Assembly (NCBI GenBank): GCA_017635565.1
Contig: JAGBLE010000009.1
Location: forward strand, 4,932-68,931
Direction: 5' to 3'
DNA from: Bacilli bacterium
Lineage (GTDB): Bacteria; Bacillota_I; Bacilli_A; RFN20; CAG-826
DNA: 64,000 bases
This document shows positions 26,210-35,846 of this stretch, in pieces. Both the position numbers and the translations under genes were made by a program. Positions within the stretch are counted from its first letter, which is position 1. The number at the start of each line of letters is the position of its first letter. Under the pieces are notes generated by a model. That model was not told where the DNA came from, ran no database searches, and saw only the letters and a list, made by a program, of their open reading frames with translations.

Positions 26210-27913
26210 ATGTTTTTCATGATAGAAAATACCGAAAAAGAATTAGAATCGAAAAAGACAGTGTTAATTGTTGAAGATGAAGAAATCAATCGAAATATTT
26301 TGTCTTCAATAATTAAAGATGATTTTAATATTCTTATTGCTTGCAATGGTCAAGAAGCACTTGATTCTTTGAACAAATATAAAAAAGAAATTGATTTAGT
26401 TCTTTTAGATATTTTTATGCCTGATATTGATGGGCGTGAAATCCTTAAAATAAGACAGAATAGACCTGATTTAAAAAAGATACCTTTTATTGTTTGCACT
26501 GGCGAAAGAACAATTGAATTAGAATGCTTTAAATTAGGAGTTAATGATTTCATTAAAAAACCATATGAAAATCCTGAAATCATCATCGCAAGAATGAAGC
26601 GAATGATTGAATTATATGAAGACCGCGGAATTATTAAAGAAGTTAAAAAAGATAAGCTTACCGATTTATTTGGAATTGAATTCTTTAAGAAATACGCGAT
26701 TGAAATGGATAATAAATATCCAAAAATGAATAAAGATTTATTATCGATTAATATCACAAGATTCCGTCTTGTTAACGAGCTTTATGGAAGAGATTTTGGT
26801 GATGAAGTTTTGAAGAATATTGCTGAATCACTTAAGACATATCTTAACGAACACAAAGGAATTGCAGGACGTAATTCAAGCGATAATTTCTTATTATATT
26901 GTGAGCATCAAGATAGTTATTTTGAATTAGCAGAATCATTAGTCAAACATATTCAAGAAATGACTAATAGTTCAAATGTCCGTATTAGAGTTGGTGTTTA
27001 CCCAAATGTTGATACTTCTCTTGATAAGGATATCGCGATTGGAAGAGCAATAAGCGCTGCTAATAGTATTGTTGGTGACTTTAATCGTCTAATTGCTGTT
27101 TATGATGAGAATTATCAAAATAGAGTGGTTTATTTGGAAGAATTAATCAATTGCTTTGAACAGGCTATAAAAGAAAAACAATTCATGATTTATTATCAGC
27201 CTAAATATAAAATTCAAGGCGATAAAAACACATTGTGTAGTGCTGAATGCTTAGTGAGATGGATTCATCCTCAATACGGTATGATTTCTCCTGGCGCTTT
27301 TATTCCTTTGTTCGAAGAAAATGGTTTAATTCGTAAATTGGATAATTATATTTTTGAAGACGCTGCTCGACAAATGAAAGAATGGAAAGAAAAATATGGT
27401 TTTATCGTACCTCTTTCCGTTAATGTTTCTCGCGCTGACATTTATAATCCAAATATCGTTGATGATTTACTTAAACATGTAGATTCTAATGGAATTCCTC
27501 GTGATAAATATTATATTGAAATAACAGAATCGGCTTATTCTGAAAATGCCGATCAATTAATTAGTGTGGTCAATAGATTACGGGAATGTGGATTTAAAAT
27601 TGAAATCTATGATTTCGGTAGTGGATATTCTTCTCTTAATATTTTGACCGAGCTTCCTTTTGATGTTTTAAAAATTGATATGGCGTTTATCAAAAATGTT
27701 GATCGAAATTATCATAATAGAGAAATTATCAAAATGATTATTGATATCACAAAAACTCTCGGTGTTTTATCGATTACCGAAGGAGTTGAAACTCAAGAGC
27801 ATTATGATTTTCTCAAAGAAGCAGGATGTGATGTTATTCAAGGATATTACTTCTCAAAGCCACTTCCTGTTAATGAATTTGAAAAATTACTCGAAAAGGA
27901 GTTTAAAAAATAA
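26210..27913 (+). CDS. Response-regulator receiver + degenerate GGDEF + EAL (c-di-GMP phosphodiesterase-type) protein
   Basis: REC with acceptor context DLVLLDIFMPDIDG and downstream K (KKP). The GGDEF-fold region has RNSSDNF in place of RxGGDEF and INITRF in place of DxDxFK. EAL domain has ECL, EITES, YDFGSGYSS, KIDMAF and EGVET..QGYYFSKP. Alternative start ATG 26219. Confidence 0.85.
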   Translation: MFFMIENTEKELESKKTVLIVEDEEINRNILSSIIKDDFNILIACNGQEALDSLNKYKKEIDLVLLDIFMPDIDGREILKIRQNRPDLKKIPFIVCTGERTIELECFKLGVNDFIKKPYENPEIIIARMKRMIELYEDRGIIKEVKKDKLTDLFGIEFFKKYAIEMDNKYPKMNKDLLSINITRFRLVNELYGRDFGDEVLKNIAESLKTYLNEHKGIAGRNSSDNFLLYCEHQDSYFELAESLVKHIQEMTNSSNVRIRVGVYPNVDTSLDKDIAIGRAISAANSIVGDFNRLIAVYDENYQNRVVYLEELINCFEQAIKEKQFMIYYQPKYKIQGDKNTLCSAECLVRWIHPQYGMISPGAFIPLFEENGLIRKLDNYIFEDAARQMKEWKEKYGFIVPLSVNVSRADIYNPNIVDDLLKHVDSNGIPRDKYYIEITESAYSENADQLISVVNRLRECGFKIEIYDFGSGYSSLNILTELPFDVLKIDMAFIKNVDRNYHNREIIKMIIDITKTLGVLSITEGVETQEHYDFLKEAGCDVIQGYYFSKPLPVNEFEKLLEKEFKK

Positions 27914-28272
27914 TGACTGTAAAAGAGTTTTATGACGCGATTGGTGGAGATTATTCAGAAGCAAAAAATCGATTGATAAATGATGCTTTTATAAGTAGGA
28001 TGCTCGCTAAATTTGCTGAAAATAATACTTTTGATGAAATATTAAAATCATATAAAAATAGAGAGTTTCAAACTTTGTTTTCGAGCGTTCACGCTTTTAA
28101 AGGTGTGGTAGGGAATCTTGCTTTAACTAGTCTATATAAAATTAGTGAAGTAATTACTGAAAAAACAAGAAACGTTAAAGAAGATAATGGTTTAAATCTC
28201 GATGAGGAAATCGAAGAACTTAATAATCGATATCAAGTGTTCATAAAAGCATATAAAGAGCTTATTGCTTAA
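27913..28272 (+). CDS. Stand-alone Hpt (histidine phosphotransfer) domain protein
   Basis: 119 aa helical protein with the HxxKG signature (VHAFKGVVGNLAL). TAATG-type junction with the upstream REC gene. Confidence 0.75.
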   Translation: MTVKEFYDAIGGDYSEAKNRLINDAFISRMLAKFAENNTFDEILKSYKNREFQTLFSSVHAFKGVVGNLALTSLYKISEVITEKTRNVKEDNGLNLDEEIEELNNRYQVFIKAYKELIA

Positions 28273-28280
28273 TAAACTAT

Positions 28281-28298
28281 AGCCCATCTGGGCTTTTA
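28281..28298 (+). terminator. Short hairpin plus T-run after the Hpt gene
   Basis: AGCC-CATCTG-GGCT followed by TTTT. Confidence 0.55.
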
Positions 28299-28352
28299 TT
28301 ATATTGTTTTCAATACTATTTATGTATTGCCTATGATATAATTTTCAAGTCT

Positions 28353-29483
28353 ATGGCAAGTAAAGAAATCAGAAACCAAATAATTAGATATATCATATAT
28401 TTATTTTTTGTTTTGGGACTTACCGCCTTAGCGTTTTATCTAACAATTGGAAATTCTATTTCTCAAATTATTGAAATTCTTGAAAACGCTAATCTATGGT
28501 TTATTTTAGTTATTCTTGTTATTGTTTTTGGATGTATTATATTCCGTTCCATTTCGGTTTATTTTTTGACAAGAATATTTGAGAAAAAATATTTTTTCCA
28601 CCGCTCAATCGCAATTGACCAAATCGGTTCTTTGTATCGTATGGTTACTCCTGCTGGATTGGGTGGACATGTTATGGAAGCATATACTTACAGTAAACAA
28701 GGAGTAAAAATCTCTAACGCTTTAAGCGTTTTAGCGATGTATTCAATTATTTATCAAGTAGTCTTAATTCTTTATGGAATTATAACTATTGTTATTAAGC
28801 GAGATTTAATTAATGAAATAGGATTTATCCCGATTACATTTAACGAATCTGGACCTGTTCAAATTCCTCTTTGGCTATTAGTCGCAATTGGGTTTTCGTT
28901 TAATATTTTATCGATTGGATTTATCTTCCTAATTTCATATTGGAACGGTTTCTTTAGGTTTATTAGGGGTCCAATTGTCACTTTGTTATCAAAAATTAAA
29001 TTAGTAAAAGATACAAACGTTACTAGAGAAAATCTTGATGTTGCTATTGTTAACTTTAGGTCAAATTTAAAAACACTATATCGTAATTTATTGGTAACAA
29101 TTATTTGTGTTATTAGTTTCTTTGCCTATATAACAATTTCTTATTCTGTTCCTTATTTCTGTGGTTTATCACTTGGTAATACATCTACTAACGCAAATTT
29201 CTGGGACAGTGTTTTACTTGGAAATTTACATCAAATGGTTACTTGTATCATTCCAATTCCAGGAAGTTCGGTAGTGTCTGAATTATTCTTCTTAAAACTA
29301 TTTTTCCCATCAACCGGTCCAGTTTTTTATGACACCGAAGAAATTGCAAGAGCCTCTTTATTGCTTTGGAGAGGTTTGATGTTTATTTTCCCTCTTCTTA
29401 TTGCTTGCTTATACACAATTGTTTATCGACCAAGAAAGAGAATATGCGATGAAAATAACGAAAATAAAGATCTTAAAGAATAG
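28353..29483 (+). CDS. UPF0104 / lysyl-PG-synthase-TM-like (flippase-like) integral membrane protein
   Basis: ~8 TM segments. The region FRSISVYFLTRIF...YRMVTPAGLGGHVMEAYTYSKQG resembles the conserved TIGR00374-type core as recalled. Confidence 0.6.
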   Translation: MASKEIRNQIIRYIIYLFFVLGLTALAFYLTIGNSISQIIEILENANLWFILVILVIVFGCIIFRSISVYFLTRIFEKKYFFHRSIAIDQIGSLYRMVTPAGLGGHVMEAYTYSKQGVKISNALSVLAMYSIIYQVVLILYGIITIVIKRDLINEIGFIPITFNESGPVQIPLWLLVAIGFSFNILSIGFIFLISYWNGFFRFIRGPIVTLLSKIKLVKDTNVTRENLDVAIVNFRSNLKTLYRNLLVTIICVISFFAYITISYSVPYFCGLSLGNTSTNANFWDSVLLGNLHQMVTCIIPIPGSSVVSELFFLKLFFPSTGPVFYDTEEIARASLLLWRGLMFIFPLLIACLYTIVYRPRKRICDENNENKDLKE

Positions 29484-30216
29484 CGTTTCAGTTTATTTCG
29501 ACGATGAAAAACTTGAACTCGATAAAGAAGTATATCCAAACTTCTATCTTTATGTTGGAAAAGAAGTTAGCAAAAAAGAATATAAAAAAATAAAAGAATA
29601 TAACGATATTTCTTCTCTCCTTAAATACGCTTTAAAGATAAGAAGTAAAGCCATTTATAGCGAATATCAAATGAGAGAGAAATTGTACGCTAAAGGTGGA
29701 AATAAAGAAGAAATTGATCAAGTTATAAATAAATTAAAAGGTTATGATTTGATTGATGATAATGCTTTTATTGAAGACCATATCGAATATTATAATTCTT
29801 TGAATTATGGGAAAAACAAAATCCTCAATAAGCTTTCAGAAAAAGGAATATTTGAAGAAAGATTAGAAAAGATTAATTTCCCTATATCTATCGAAAGAAA
29901 AAAGGCAAAAGCAATTTTCGATAAACTAGATAAAAAACATTCAAAATATAATTTCGTAAGAAAAAAGCAGCATATTTATAATTCGTATATCTCTCTAGGT
30001 TTTTCCAAAGAAATCGCTAACGAAATGGTGCCCACTTTAAAAGATGACAACAATAAAGAAGAAAAGAAAAAACTCGAAAAAGATTTTGAAAAAATTAAGA
30101 CGAGATATTCTAATAAATATCAGAAAAAAGAATTAAAACAAAAAATATTGCAGGCTCTTTTACAAAAAGGATATCGAATGAATGATATTCTTCCTATCAT
30201 AGAAAGGATGAAATAA
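29449..30216 (+). CDS. recX: RecX-like regulatory protein
   Basis: Preferred start MKITKIKILKN (ATG 29449). Three helical repeats of the form SEYQMREKLYAKG...EIDQVINKLKGYDLIDDNAF...GKNKILNKLSEKGI. Confidence 0.7.
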   Translation: MKITKIKILKNSVSVYFDDEKLELDKEVYPNFYLYVGKEVSKKEYKKIKEYNDISSLLKYALKIRSKAIYSEYQMREKLYAKGGNKEEIDQVINKLKGYDLIDDNAFIEDHIEYYNSLNYGKNKILNKLSEKGIFEERLEKINFPISIERKKAKAIFDKLDKKHSKYNFVRKKQHIYNSYISLGFSKEIANEMVPTLKDDNNKEEKKKLEKDFEKIKTRYSNKYQKKELKQKILQALLQKGYRMNDILPIIERMK

Positions 30217-30218
30217 TT

Positions 30219-31151
30219 ATGAGATTTATTAAAGAATTAGTGGAAGGGGATAGAATTATTATCCAAGCTTTAATTGGATCGGTTAGCCAAGGAACAAATA
30301 AAAGCGGCTCTCCATATTTAAATGTTGAATTAAGAGATTCTTCTGGTTCGTTAAATTCAAAAAAATGGGAACTAGATGATAATGATAAAGATATCTTCGT
30401 TAGTGGTAATATTGCTGAATTATTAATTGAGGTCATTAGTTTTGGTGGCGCCCTTCAAGGAAAAATATTAAGCGCTAGATTACTTGATTCAAATCAAATT
30501 GATGTTACTAGATTTATTAAAAATCCACCTATCCCAAAAGAAGAATTGATGGATAGGTTTTATAAATTAGTCAATTCGATTGAGGATAAAGACTGTAAAG
30601 CAATACTTGATTATTTTATTAAGAAATTCGGAGATAAAATCTTTGTTAATCCAGCAGCGAGTAGTGTACATCACGAATTTAGTAGTGGTTTATTAATGCA
30701 CAGTGTCTCTTTAGCAGAACACGCAGATTATTTCTCAAAATATTATAACGATATCAATCGAGATTTAGTCGTTACTGGCGCTCTTATCCATGACTTTGGT
30801 AAAATGATTGAACTCGTTGGTCCGGCAGTGTTCAAATACTCCGTTGAAGGAAGATTACTTGGACATATTTCAATTATGTGTGGAGAACTTCGTATTGCCG
30901 CTAAAGAACTTAATATTCAAAGTGAAACCCCAATATTACTTGAACATATTGTTCTTTCTCATCACGGACAATATGAATATGGTTCACCTGTTCTTCCATT
31001 AACTAGAGAAGCATTATTAATTTCATTAATCGATAATATTGATAGCAAGATGCTTGTCCTTGATAAAGCGTATGAAGGAATTGAAGAAGGAGAATTCACA
31101 CAGAAGATTTATCCACTTGATGGAAGATGCTTCTATAAACCTAAAAAATAG
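30219..31151 (+). CDS. yhaM: 3'-5' exoribonuclease YhaM (OB-fold + HD domain)
   Basis: Collinear with B. subtilis YhaM as recalled: SGSPYLNVELRDSSGSLNSKKW (OB), PAASSVHHEFSSGLLMH, LIHDFGKMIEL, EGRLLGHISIM, VLSHHGQYEYGSP, FYKPKK tail. Confidence 0.88.
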   Translation: MRFIKELVEGDRIIIQALIGSVSQGTNKSGSPYLNVELRDSSGSLNSKKWELDDNDKDIFVSGNIAELLIEVISFGGALQGKILSARLLDSNQIDVTRFIKNPPIPKEELMDRFYKLVNSIEDKDCKAILDYFIKKFGDKIFVNPAASSVHHEFSSGLLMHSVSLAEHADYFSKYYNDINRDLVVTGALIHDFGKMIELVGPAVFKYSVEGRLLGHISIMCGELRIAAKELNIQSETPILLEHIVLSHHGQYEYGSPVLPLTREALLISLIDNIDSKMLVLDKAYEGIEEGEFTQKIYPLDGRCFYKPKK

Positions 31152-31157
31152 GCAAAA

Positions 31158-31208
31158 TAAAAGACGAAACAAGAATTTATGATAATTTAATCGTTTCGTC
31201 TTTTTTTG
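31158..31208. terminator. Bidirectional terminator between convergent yhaM and HIT genes
   Basis: AGACGAAAC ... GTTTCGTCT 9-bp stem flanked by an A-run and a T-run. Confidence 0.65.
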
Positions 31209-31213
31209 TTGTC

Positions 31214-31624
31214 TTAGAGTTCTTTTTTAATTGCTTTAGCAATTGCTGGTAAGTTGAGCTCTCCATCGTTTTGCTTCATTTCGAGGATAAACCCTTCATT
31301 TCCTTCGTAACGTGGAATCACGTGAACGTGGAAGTGCATAACTGTTTGTCCAGCAGCTTCATAACAATTGGAGAGAATATTAACTCCTTTAGCACCTAAA
31401 TATTTGATGTCGACTTGTCCAATTCTTTGAGCGACATCCATGACTTTGTGCATTTCTTCTTGAGGAATTGTTAAAAAGTTTTCGTAATGCTTTTTACTAA
31501 TCACAAGAGCGTGTCCTTTTGTGACTTGAGAAATGTCTAAGAAGGCAAGTACATCATTGTCTTCATATAATTTGTGGCAAGGGATTTCGCCATTAATAAT
31601 TTTACAAAAAATATCTTTTTCCAT
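31214..31624 (-). CDS. HIT family (histidine triad) nucleotide hydrolase
   Basis: 136 aa with CIFCKII-like N-terminus (DIFCKIINGEIP) and histidine triad HFHVHVIP. Confidence 0.9.
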   Translation of the reverse strand: MEKDIFCKIINGEIPCHKLYEDNDVLAFLDISQVTKGHALVISKKHYENFLTIPQEEMHKVMDVAQRIGQVDIKYLGAKGVNILSNCYEAAGQTVMHFHVHVIPRYEGNEGFILEMKQNDGELNLPAIAKAIKKEL

Positions 31625-31683
31625 ATCTTATCACCTTCTATGTAAATTATAGATTTCTATAATTACTAATTCAATAAAGCAAA

Positions 31684-31711
31684 CAAAAAACCAGGCATTT
31701 GATTACCTGGT
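31684..31711 (-). terminator. Rho-independent terminator (minus strand) after the lipoprotein pair
   Basis: Minus-strand ACCAGGTAATCAAATGCCTGGT followed by TTTTTTG. Confidence 0.75.
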
Positions 31712-31721
31712 CAATTGTTCA

Positions 31722-33686
31722 TTAATCGAATAAATCTGGATAATTGTCTTTGAAGTAGTCGTAGACTTTTTGATCGTGATAAGTGATATCCATTTGTTTT
31801 AACCAATGTTCTTTGGCTAAAGAGGCGTAACTACCAGTTTCTGCGACTTTCTTAGAGATTTCATCGATAACTTCGTTTAAGAATGATGTACCTCTGAGTT
31901 TGGAGTAGCTATAATCACCTTTCGCTCTTAATTTGTTGTCTTTGACAGCTTCTAAGACGTTAACGATGTAATAAGCATCGCCATCATCGTAGACAATATC
32001 ATTTGTCCAATCATCTTGTGAATATTGTCCTTCAAATTTGAGGAAGTAAGCACCATTGATTGAGCAGATGTATTTGTTTTCTTTGTCTGATACTGCATCT
32101 CTAACTTTCCAAGTAGAACCATCTTTGACAATTCTATCTCTTTCGGTAAGGGTTTCGAGGTTACTGGCGATTAGTGCATCATCAGTACCAGCAGAATCAT
32201 CTTCTCCACCAACTTCATATTTGTTATTGGCAACGGAGAGTTTGAATAAACGATCATTAATTGTTCCATTTCCATCTAATGATGGTTGTGTGCTTTGAAT
32301 AAACCAACCTTTTGTAATTGATTTTGTTTGGTCAATTTCAATTGTGGCTTGGTCTAAGCCTTCTTCATAAGTGGTCTTACCGCTTCCAGTGAATTTGTTA
32401 TATAAACTGGAATCGAGTTCTTCATAATTTTCTGCACTTAAGAATTTTTCAAAGTCTTTAACTAAGTCACCATAAGCAGTGTTATTGTAATAATTTAATG
32501 TCACATCATCTGGAGCAGTACCATATGTATATGATTTTAATTCATAAATATCACTTGCTGCTTGTTTTAAGTCATTAACGACTGCGGTTGCATCAGCGTT
32601 ATTGCTAATTTGTGTATATAAACCTTTATTAACAATAGCGTATGTATCAAAGAGTTTGTCATATGTTTGTTCGATGACAGAAGTCTTTGTTTCAATACCA
32701 TCATTTGTGGTAGCTGCAGTGACAGCGTTTTCGTAAATAGCGTTAACTAAATGTTTGATTAATAAGTCAGCGTTATTGGTGAAAGAAGAATATTTTTCAA
32801 TTTTGATAACATTAATCTTTCTTGCACGTGAATTTCTAACAGCGGCTAAATCTTCATCTAATAAATATTGTTCGATGAGAAGATCATTATAGATGGTTGG
32901 AATGAGTTCATCTTCAATATAGGTGAATTTTCTTTCTGTGGCATCTTTGTCTTGATAGAACTCTCTGTGTAATAAGCCTTTAGTAGTATCAAAAACTTCA
33001 GATTCTTCTAATTGATAATCAACAAGAGTTGGAAGTAATCCAGCAGCTTTAGCGCCTTCATAGTCAACTTTCTTGTTATCTTTATATAACGCTTTGACTA
33101 AATCTAATTCTTTGAAGAAGTGTTTTTCAGTATAGCTACCAGTTGTGGCTTTTGAATACATTTCTTCAGCGATACGGAGTTCAATAGCGTCTAATTTTGA
33201 TTTAACGTTATTTCTTTCTGTATCACATGGAGTCCATTCTTCTTTTTCACCGATGACGGTTCCATCTTCTTTGATGTGTTCCCCATCTTCGTTATATAAC
33301 CAATACGCTTTATGGACTTTAATGAATTGGTTAATTTTTTCATGATTAGCGCTAGAGTCATTAGCTGCTTCTTCTAATGTAATAACATCTTCGCCTTTAG
33401 CGGTGTATTTGTTATAAACACCGACAATGCTTTCAGCGTATTTGTATAAAACTTTTTCTAAGACTTTTGAAGGAACACTTCCATCATGCATTGAATCATA
33501 GATGATACTTAAGATGTTATTATGAACATCTTGTTCTTCACCAGCATCATTTTTGATAGTGACAACGCTATCTTCGTAATTGGTTGGTTTAGCGTAGATT
33601 TCATCGGAAGAAGAATTACATCCGACTAAACTCATCACTCCGAGGAGAGATAATACTGCTAATTTAGTGTATTTCTTATTTGACAT
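31722..33686 (-). CDS. Large lipoprotein (654 aa), unknown function; second gene of the tandem lipoprotein pair
   Basis: Start reassigned to MSNKKYTKLAVLSLLGVMSLVGC (lipobox LVGC), preceded by AAAGGAGGAG. Overlaps the upstream gene's stop by 11 nt. Confidence 0.75.
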   Translation of the reverse strand: MSNKKYTKLAVLSLLGVMSLVGCNSSSDEIYAKPTNYEDSVVTIKNDAGEEQDVHNNILSIIYDSMHDGSVPSKVLEKVLYKYAESIVGVYNKYTAKGEDVITLEEAANDSSANHEKINQFIKVHKAYWLYNEDGEHIKEDGTVIGEKEEWTPCDTERNNVKSKLDAIELRIAEEMYSKATTGSYTEKHFFKELDLVKALYKDNKKVDYEGAKAAGLLPTLVDYQLEESEVFDTTKGLLHREFYQDKDATERKFTYIEDELIPTIYNDLLIEQYLLDEDLAAVRNSRARKINVIKIEKYSSFTNNADLLIKHLVNAIYENAVTAATTNDGIETKTSVIEQTYDKLFDTYAIVNKGLYTQISNNADATAVVNDLKQAASDIYELKSYTYGTAPDDVTLNYYNNTAYGDLVKDFEKFLSAENYEELDSSLYNKFTGSGKTTYEEGLDQATIEIDQTKSITKGWFIQSTQPSLDGNGTINDRLFKLSVANNKYEVGGEDDSAGTDDALIASNLETLTERDRIVKDGSTWKVRDAVSDKENKYICSINGAYFLKFEGQYSQDDWTNDIVYDDGDAYYIVNVLEAVKDNKLRAKGDYSYSKLRGTSFLNEVIDEISKKVAETGSYASLAKEHWLKQMDITYHDQKVYDYFKDNYPDLFD

Positions 33687-35664
33687 AACATTCTCCTCCT
33701 TTTTCAAAGGCAGCTTTATCAGCAGCATTGCCTCTATTCCATCTAAAGACACAACCGGTTGAGAGCATACCTTTATAAGCTCTCTTATCGTTTTGATCTC
33801 TTAATTGAATTAAGTAATCTTCCCAAGAACCATTGATTGATTCAATGTTGGATAAGAATTTTGATTCTCTTAATAATTGAATTTTCTTTTCGATATTTTC
33901 AGCGATGACACTGTGTCCATCTTCATCTTTATCAAAGAAAGTGATTTGATTATTATCGACTAATTCTTTTAAGAGCATTTGATAGATACGATAATCATAT
34001 GCTGCATCGAAGACATCGCTTGTATCTTGTCCTTTGAGTTTGTTTTTGATAGTGTTTGCTCTATTTGTATAGTAGGAAGGGTCATCCGACTTTGTCATAT
34101 TAATATATGATTCAGTTGGATAATTGTCCGCACCAGGAATTTCGGTGGTGTAGTAATCTTGTAATGTAACATCAGATTTCTTATCACCAAAACTTGAAAC
34201 GGTATTGAAGTTGGTTTGATAGAAAATTGATTTTCTCATAACCATGAAGTGAATACCAGCGGTGCTTCTAACACCGATAATGACACTGCCTTCTCCATCA
34301 GTTAAGACACTCTTACCAGTTAATGAAGGAACTGCATCTTGAACAAAGTTATTGTTTTTAATCTTTAAGTCACCGGTTTCGAAATCGTGTTCGGTAACGG
34401 TAACTTTATCTTGGCTTTCACTCATTGTGATATCTTCGTTAGTAATAACAAATGGTGAACGGAAATTTAAGAATTGGTTGAATAAGACGTTACGTGGATA
34501 GGCAACCGAACCTGCTTCTGGTTCAAATGTACCAATCTTTTCAGCGTCTTTATATTCTCCGATTTTTCTGAAAACATCATATGGAACGGTTGGAATACCT
34601 GTGAATTCAGTAGCGGTATCGCCATAACCAGTAATTGCTGTTTTAACATCTTTAACCATTTCTTCAGTGACTAAGTCAGTAACTCTTTCTTTGGTTTCAA
34701 CAGCTTTATTATCTGTTCCTAATTTTGTTTCAGTAACAATGGTGGATTGATCGTCAACACCGAAAGCTTTATAAATGGCTTCTGTATCAGCTGTTTGAGT
34801 GTTTCTTCCACTTAATAAGGCATCGTAAGCATAAATACCTAATTTGAATTCATTGTAGAAACTTGTTTGTGTGGACATAATTCCAACATCACCATAAGCG
34901 GTATTAGAACTATCTTCACTTTCTTTATATGCAACTTCTTCGAAAGAATAAGTAGCATCGATTAATTTACGGACAACATTCCATAATTTTTCAGCTTCAG
35001 CGCTTGTGATGGATGCTCTAGAATAATCAGTCGCATCAGCGTTCAATTTAACTAAAACGTGAAGGATGTGATATGGGAATACTGGAGCGAATTCTCCGCT
35101 TGAAGTATCAACTGGTTTCCAGTCTTTATCAATACCGATATATTGATCCTTAAGAGAGGATTCGTTGTCTTTGAAATAACCATCTGTAATCGCTTCTTTT
35201 TCTAATTCATATAAGAAGTGTTCTTTTAAATCTTTTTCGTCTTCACAATCGTATGAATCGAGGATCTTTTCCCATTCCTCGTCCCATGTTTTTGTGCCGT
35301 TTGATTTTTGGTTGTCGGTGGCAACTTGTTTTTGAGCATTAACTTTGTCTTCTGCTTCCTTAACTAAGGTTGCATAAGGTTTTAAATTACTGCCAGCTCT
35401 AGAACTTAATGGTTCATATTCGTATCTGATTAAAGCTTCGAGAACTGCATTGTAGAACAAAGTAGTGCTTTCACTGCTATCGCCGTACTCGCTATAAAAC
35501 TTGTCGATATCAATTTCGATTTTTTCTTCTTCGGAATTATATCCGATAAAATCGACAATCGATTTGTCGCTTGTTGTAACTGCTGCAGTTGAGTTACAAG
35601 CAGATAATGCGAGTGCACCGATGAAGCTAGTAACTAATCCAAGAGTTAGTTTACTTTTTTTCAT
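33676..35664 (-). CDS. Large lipoprotein (662 aa) with PrsA/parvulin-like PPIase signature interrupted by a long insertion
   Basis: Start reassigned to MKKSKLTLGLVTSFIGALALSAC (lipobox LSAC). Parvulin-like YHILHVLV...FEEVAYKESEDSS..YGDVGIM....FYNEF....Y, and much later GSVIIGVRSTAGIHFMVM (equivalent to GYHII). Confidence 0.6.
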   Translation of the reverse strand: MKKSKLTLGLVTSFIGALALSACNSTAAVTTSDKSIVDFIGYNSEEEKIEIDIDKFYSEYGDSSESTTLFYNAVLEALIRYEYEPLSSRAGSNLKPYATLVKEAEDKVNAQKQVATDNQKSNGTKTWDEEWEKILDSYDCEDEKDLKEHFLYELEKEAITDGYFKDNESSLKDQYIGIDKDWKPVDTSSGEFAPVFPYHILHVLVKLNADATDYSRASITSAEAEKLWNVVRKLIDATYSFEEVAYKESEDSSNTAYGDVGIMSTQTSFYNEFKLGIYAYDALLSGRNTQTADTEAIYKAFGVDDQSTIVTETKLGTDNKAVETKERVTDLVTEEMVKDVKTAITGYGDTATEFTGIPTVPYDVFRKIGEYKDAEKIGTFEPEAGSVAYPRNVLFNQFLNFRSPFVITNEDITMSESQDKVTVTEHDFETGDLKIKNNNFVQDAVPSLTGKSVLTDGEGSVIIGVRSTAGIHFMVMRKSIFYQTNFNTVSSFGDKKSDVTLQDYYTTEIPGADNYPTESYINMTKSDDPSYYTNRANTIKNKLKGQDTSDVFDAAYDYRIYQMLLKELVDNNQITFFDKDEDGHSVIAENIEKKIQLLRESKFLSNIESINGSWEDYLIQLRDQNDKRAYKGMLSTGCVFRWNRGNAADKAAFEKGGECYVK

Positions 35665-35846
35665 CTTGTAATCTCCTTTTCTAAAATACATAGCGAAAAT
35701 ATTTTACTCACATAAAATCGCGCGTGCAATAATAATTTTAATTATTTCGCATATAACGTGTATGTATACGTAGGCATTTTCTTTATCATATTGTTTGATA
35801 ATAGAGATTGATGGCATTAAAATAATACGGCACTGAGGTGAAAAGT

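Noticed and set aside
26350-26757. 135-aa minus-strand ORF inside the REC-GGDEF-EAL gene
   Set aside because: Antisense to a gene with clear domain motifs. The I/L/F/S/K-rich translation is typical of antisense reading of an AT-rich coding sequence. No RBS.
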